Source of the DNA: an uncultured bacterium
GTDB lineage: Bacteria; Patescibacteriota; Patescibacteriia; SG8-24; DYFX01
Direction: 5' to 3'
Assembly (NCBI GenBank): GCA_937900255.1
Contig: CALCDZ010000003.1
Location: forward strand, 191,149-255,148
DNA: 64,000 nucleotides
A model generated the notes under the pieces. The model searched no databases, was not told where the DNA came from, and saw only the letters and a list, made by a program, of their open reading frames with translations. This document shows positions 63,646-64,000 of this stretch, piece after piece. The translations under genes were made by a program, and so were the position numbers. Numbering within the stretch: the first letter of the stretch is position 1; every line of letters begins with the position of its first letter.

Positions 63646-64000
63646 AAAGATATCTCCTTTCCCTGTCCGTTGCGGTCGTCCTCGGCGCCGGCTGCGCGCG
63701 TTCCTCGGCCGTCGATCGGCACCCTCGACCGCTCCCCCCGCCCTCTCCTCCGGTCGCCCGGCCCGCGGCGCCGGACGTTCCTGGAGCGTCCGGACCGGCG
63801 GCGCATGCGGACGTGATCGTCATCGAGCGACCTTTGGCCGGCGCCGCCATCGCCAGCCCGCTCACGGCGCTTGGAAAGGCCCGCGGTACCTGGTACTTCG
63901 AAGGCTCCTTTCCGGTCCAAGTGGTCGATGCGGATGGCGAGGCGGTCGCCATGGGCGTCGCGCACGCGCAAGGCGATTGGATGACCGCCGATTTCGTGCC
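63642..64000 (+). CDS. lipoprotein (Gmad2 Ig-like-domain-like), 3'-truncated at window edge
   Basis: The ATG at 63642 overlaps the NUDIX stop. The signal carries a lipobox (LLSLSVAVVLGAGC). A Pro-rich linker leads to a beta-rich domain, and the ORF runs off the window. Confidence 0.5.
   Translation, partial: MKRYLLSLSVAVVLGAGCARSSAVDRHPRPLPPPSPPVARPAAPDVPGASGPAAHADVIVIERPLAGAAIASPLTALGKARGTWYFEGSFPVQVVDADGEAVAMGVAHAQGDWMTADFV

Overview
This 64 kb window is a high-GC (about 65%) bacterial chromosomal segment, densely packed with genes mostly on the + strand. There are no rRNA genes, CRISPR arrays, transposases or integrases. Many long ORFs on the antisense strand are treated as artefacts of the GC-rich sequence. 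Features follow in window order. Window order begins with a glycolytic cluster (pgk, a SIMPL/BP26-like protein, eno, two tandem gpmI paralogs), arfB, small secreted proteins, and tgt, queA, fpg and nth. It continues with a 520-aa type-IV-pilin-like fusion protein, znuABC with a candidate Zur-like palindrome, a cell-envelope cluster (PAP2, manC, NUDIX, mltG, corC), uvrD, a divergent DHH/CYTH pair, a short metK and a C39-like secreted peptidase. Next come tRNA-Lys, a DUF3048 protein, a membrane-embedded metallophosphoesterase, a translin-like protein and murD. A block of hypothetical genes containing a stand-alone LuxR regulator separates murD from murE. Then come ftsB, a parvulin PPIase, tRNA-Gly and tRNA-Thr, ftsEX, an EmrRAB-like efflux operon, a cysteine-less sortase homolog beside a LamG-domain secreted protein, and a candidate small RNA or leader. 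The downstream end holds a possibly frameshifted zinc-finger gene, a tRNA 3'-fragment and tRNA-Gln bracketing hypothetical genes, pyrD, ABC-F, EamA, msrB, mscL, DoxX, a Com-like zinc finger upstream of nrdD/nrdG, an ECF sigma/anti-sigma pair and a MutT-like NUDIX. The gene content (Tgt/QueA, minimal biosynthesis, a pilin-like fusion, many hypothetical genes) fits a reduced-genome bacterium, but taxonomy cannot be settled from the sequence alone. I found no recognisable defense system. The most unusual loci are the pilin fusion, the Cys-less sortase with its LamG neighbour, the split membrane metallophosphoesterase, the small cationic secreted peptide with a canonical promoter, the candidate sRNA/leader, and the tRNA-fragment-flanked hypothetical genes.
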